From: Eledone cirrhosa
Lineage: Eukaryota
Reading direction: 5' to 3'
Length of the DNA: 64,000 nucleotides
Assembly: GCA_964016885.1 (NCBI GenBank)
Contig: OZ024741.1
Location: forward strand, 104,904,001-104,968,000
Below, piece by piece: positions 61,665 through 64,000 of the stretch (positions are counted from its first letter, which is position 1; the number at the start of each line of letters is the position of its first letter). The translations under genes were made by a program, and so were the position numbers. The notes under the pieces are model-generated. The model made no database searches and was not told where the DNA came from. It was given only the letters and a program-made list of their open reading frames with translations.

Positions 61665-64000
61665 CTGGATGACGTACCCAGCTTCGCCCGGGTAAACAGA
61701 TGATAAGAGAAGACAGGTAAAAGAGAAAATGACTGTATTGGATGTTTGTCTGGTTACAGTATGGGGCGAGTCCGTGGTGTCTGTGTGATACAAAAAAAGA
61801 ATTAAAAAAAATCTTCCAGATATACCAGATTCTTCGTTGTACCGTTTGTGCATAGTATATGAACAATTCTAGGTGCTCCCACCTAGAAATCTTAGCCACT
61901 GAGTAATAGACAGTCAATGTTGCCCAGATTTCAACTCGAGGAGGTGGCCTGGTTTGAACTCCAAATGGCGGATCCTTCTACTTCGAAAATAGAATCGTTT
62001 TCCAATATTACTCTAGCCCTGGCCGGCCATAGGATCCAACCTTTTTGCCAGACTCAGCATATGATGAGGTTTTATTACCACCGCAATCAGAAGCGATAAA
62101 TTTGAAGGCAATTTCTACCAATACTTGTTGGTTTTTATTGCTCATTATCGACAATAAATGACATTGAACAGAAATGATAACTCTGTCAAAGCTCACAATA
62201 CTGATCAAAGGACACCAATATCTGAATCATTTACGTGGAATATTCATAGCAGTGAAGGCAATTTATACCAATACTTGTTGATATTTATTGTGCAACATAG
62301 CAGTGAAAGCAATTTTTACCAATACTTGTTTGTTTTTATTGCTCATTAAATGACATTGAACATAAATGATAACTCTGTCAAAGCTCACAATACTGATCAA
62401 AGGACACCAATGTCCGAATCATTGACGTCGCTTATTGATAGTATTAAAGATATGCATACATCAGCTCAAAGCTTCAGTATAGACAATATTCAGGGTTGTT
62501 CCTCTGTTAGTGGTATCAATTGCAAATTTTATACCATCAGGATCGCACACTCGAGATGCAGCAACATACAGTTGCCTATGGCTGAATGCTGGATCATTCA
62601 AGTAGACACCGACTCGCTTGAAAGTCTGTCCCTGTGTCTTGTTGACAGTCATGGAAAAGGTCAAATTGACGGGAAACTGTCTCCTTTGCCAAACGAATGG
62701 CAGCAAATTTCACTTGATCTCAGCATGATCATCGGAATGAGAACCGATTCCTCTCTGCCTGGGAATTTAGCTTCTAAAACTCTTCCGTTAATCAATCTCC
62801 CAACAATCAATCTGGTACCATTGCAAAGGTCCATTTTATGATTGATATTTCTAAGCAATATAATCGGCATACCCTTTTACAACCTCAAAATATGTGAGGG
62901 TATTTGAAGTGAATTCAGATACTCAGTCGGAACATCCATATCGTTCTGCTGATTAGGCTCCATTGCATCCGCACTGACGGTCAACTATTCCTCTCCAGGA
63001 AACATTCCGACTACTTGTGAATTTGTTTCATCGACCGTTGCATTCGTATGAGTTAGAATAACGCGTTCCGGTATCCAGGAGATATTCTGCCAAAAAGCAT
63101 TCAAATTAGGGAACACCCAGTCAATCAATGCTTGGCGGTCCAGTGGCATGACCAAATGGTCTTGGATTCTTACAGTCTAATTATCACCAACGTGTGGCAA
63201 TTCATCGTTTCTCAACTGCATCAACCATCGGCCGTATGTCTCAGCCTCTTCGTTTTGCTCGAACATACGAAGTCGCATATTATCGTGTAATCGCAAAACT
63301 CTGAAATGGCGTCACAACGGGGACTTTTTCAGACATGCATCGACAATTTGCGCTCTTTGAGCATTCCTAACAATTGGTAGCACCTGTCTGAAATCGCCAC
63401 CAAGAAGGATAGTCTTACCACCGAATGGCAGGTCACTACCGCAGATATCTCTCAAAGTTCTGTCCAATGCCTCCAGCAAATATCTGTGTGCCATTGGAGC
63501 CTCGTCCCAAATAATCAGAGACGTATTGCGTATAAGGCCCGCGAGTTCACTTTGTCCTGTAATGTTACAGACACTCAACTCATCCGGAGCCAATGGAACC
63601 TTGAAGCATGAGTGGAAGGTCCTTCCACCACTCATCAAAGTGGCAGCAATCCCACTGGTGGCCACAGGGAGAGCAATCTTCCTCTGAGCTCTGAGTGCCG
63701 ATAACATAGTGTTGAAACAGAATGTCTTTCCGGTGCCTCCTGGAGCTTCTATGAAAGCACAAAGTTGCTCATTAGTTGCTCAATCGAGTGGAGAATGCCA
63801 TCGACCAATTCTCTCTGAGATTGGGTCAACATTGGTATACGTTCATCCACAATACGTTGCTGTTCCAGTGGATCAAACTGGAATAGTTCCCTCCGATCGA
63901 GTGGCAACCGTCTAAGCTGCAATCTCATGTTCAATGCTAAGACACGTTGCCGCATTTCTTCATCAGGAATTGGCAAATTGAAATCTCTTAAAAATTTGAA
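61665..64000 (-). mobile_element. Helitron 3' part with disrupted Pif1-family helicase (62461-64000); runs off the window
   Basis: APGGTGKTF, VATSGIAA, WDEAPM, PFGGKTILLGGDFRQ, LCNGTRL, QGQTF, QLYVAASRV; 3' hairpin TACCCGG/CTGGGTA then CCAG-T; ~190-bp repeats 62100-62420. Confidence 0.92.

Noticed and set aside
60709-61917. 402-aa protein with unique N-terminus
   Set aside because: Chance read-through from Helitron 3' non-coding DNA into a PLE remnant.

Overview
AT-rich eukaryotic repeat DNA with no recognisable host gene. The SINE types suggest an octopod cephalopod (inference). The window is a mosaic of (TA)n/(CA)n/(AAT)n microsatellites and mobile elements. These include at least five protein-coding Penelope-like retroelement (PLE) insertions (RT plus C-terminal GIY-YIG; one intact 717-aa ORF; one 4.8-kb palindrome), two Dong/R4 LINEs, two Tx1/L1 LINEs, RTE fragments, Helitrons, hAT elements and SINEs. 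The PLE ends carry a variety of hammerhead ribozyme (HHR) motifs, read by eye: minimal dimer-type HHRs with palindromic stem III, two families with a U3:A8 core, and HHRs with large stem II inserts. The most striking signal lies in three diverged ~500-nt non-coding, retrozyme-like units (7.4-8.3, 23.2-23.7 and 24.5-25.5 kb). They share a ~101-nt RNA motif with all HHR catalytic segments in a non-canonical order (UH, GAAA, CUGANGA). The motif is supported by compensatory changes in three helices and has a kink-turn in stem III. It is a candidate pseudoknotted hammerhead architecture outside types I/II/III. All RNA structures are manual predictions and none has been tested.
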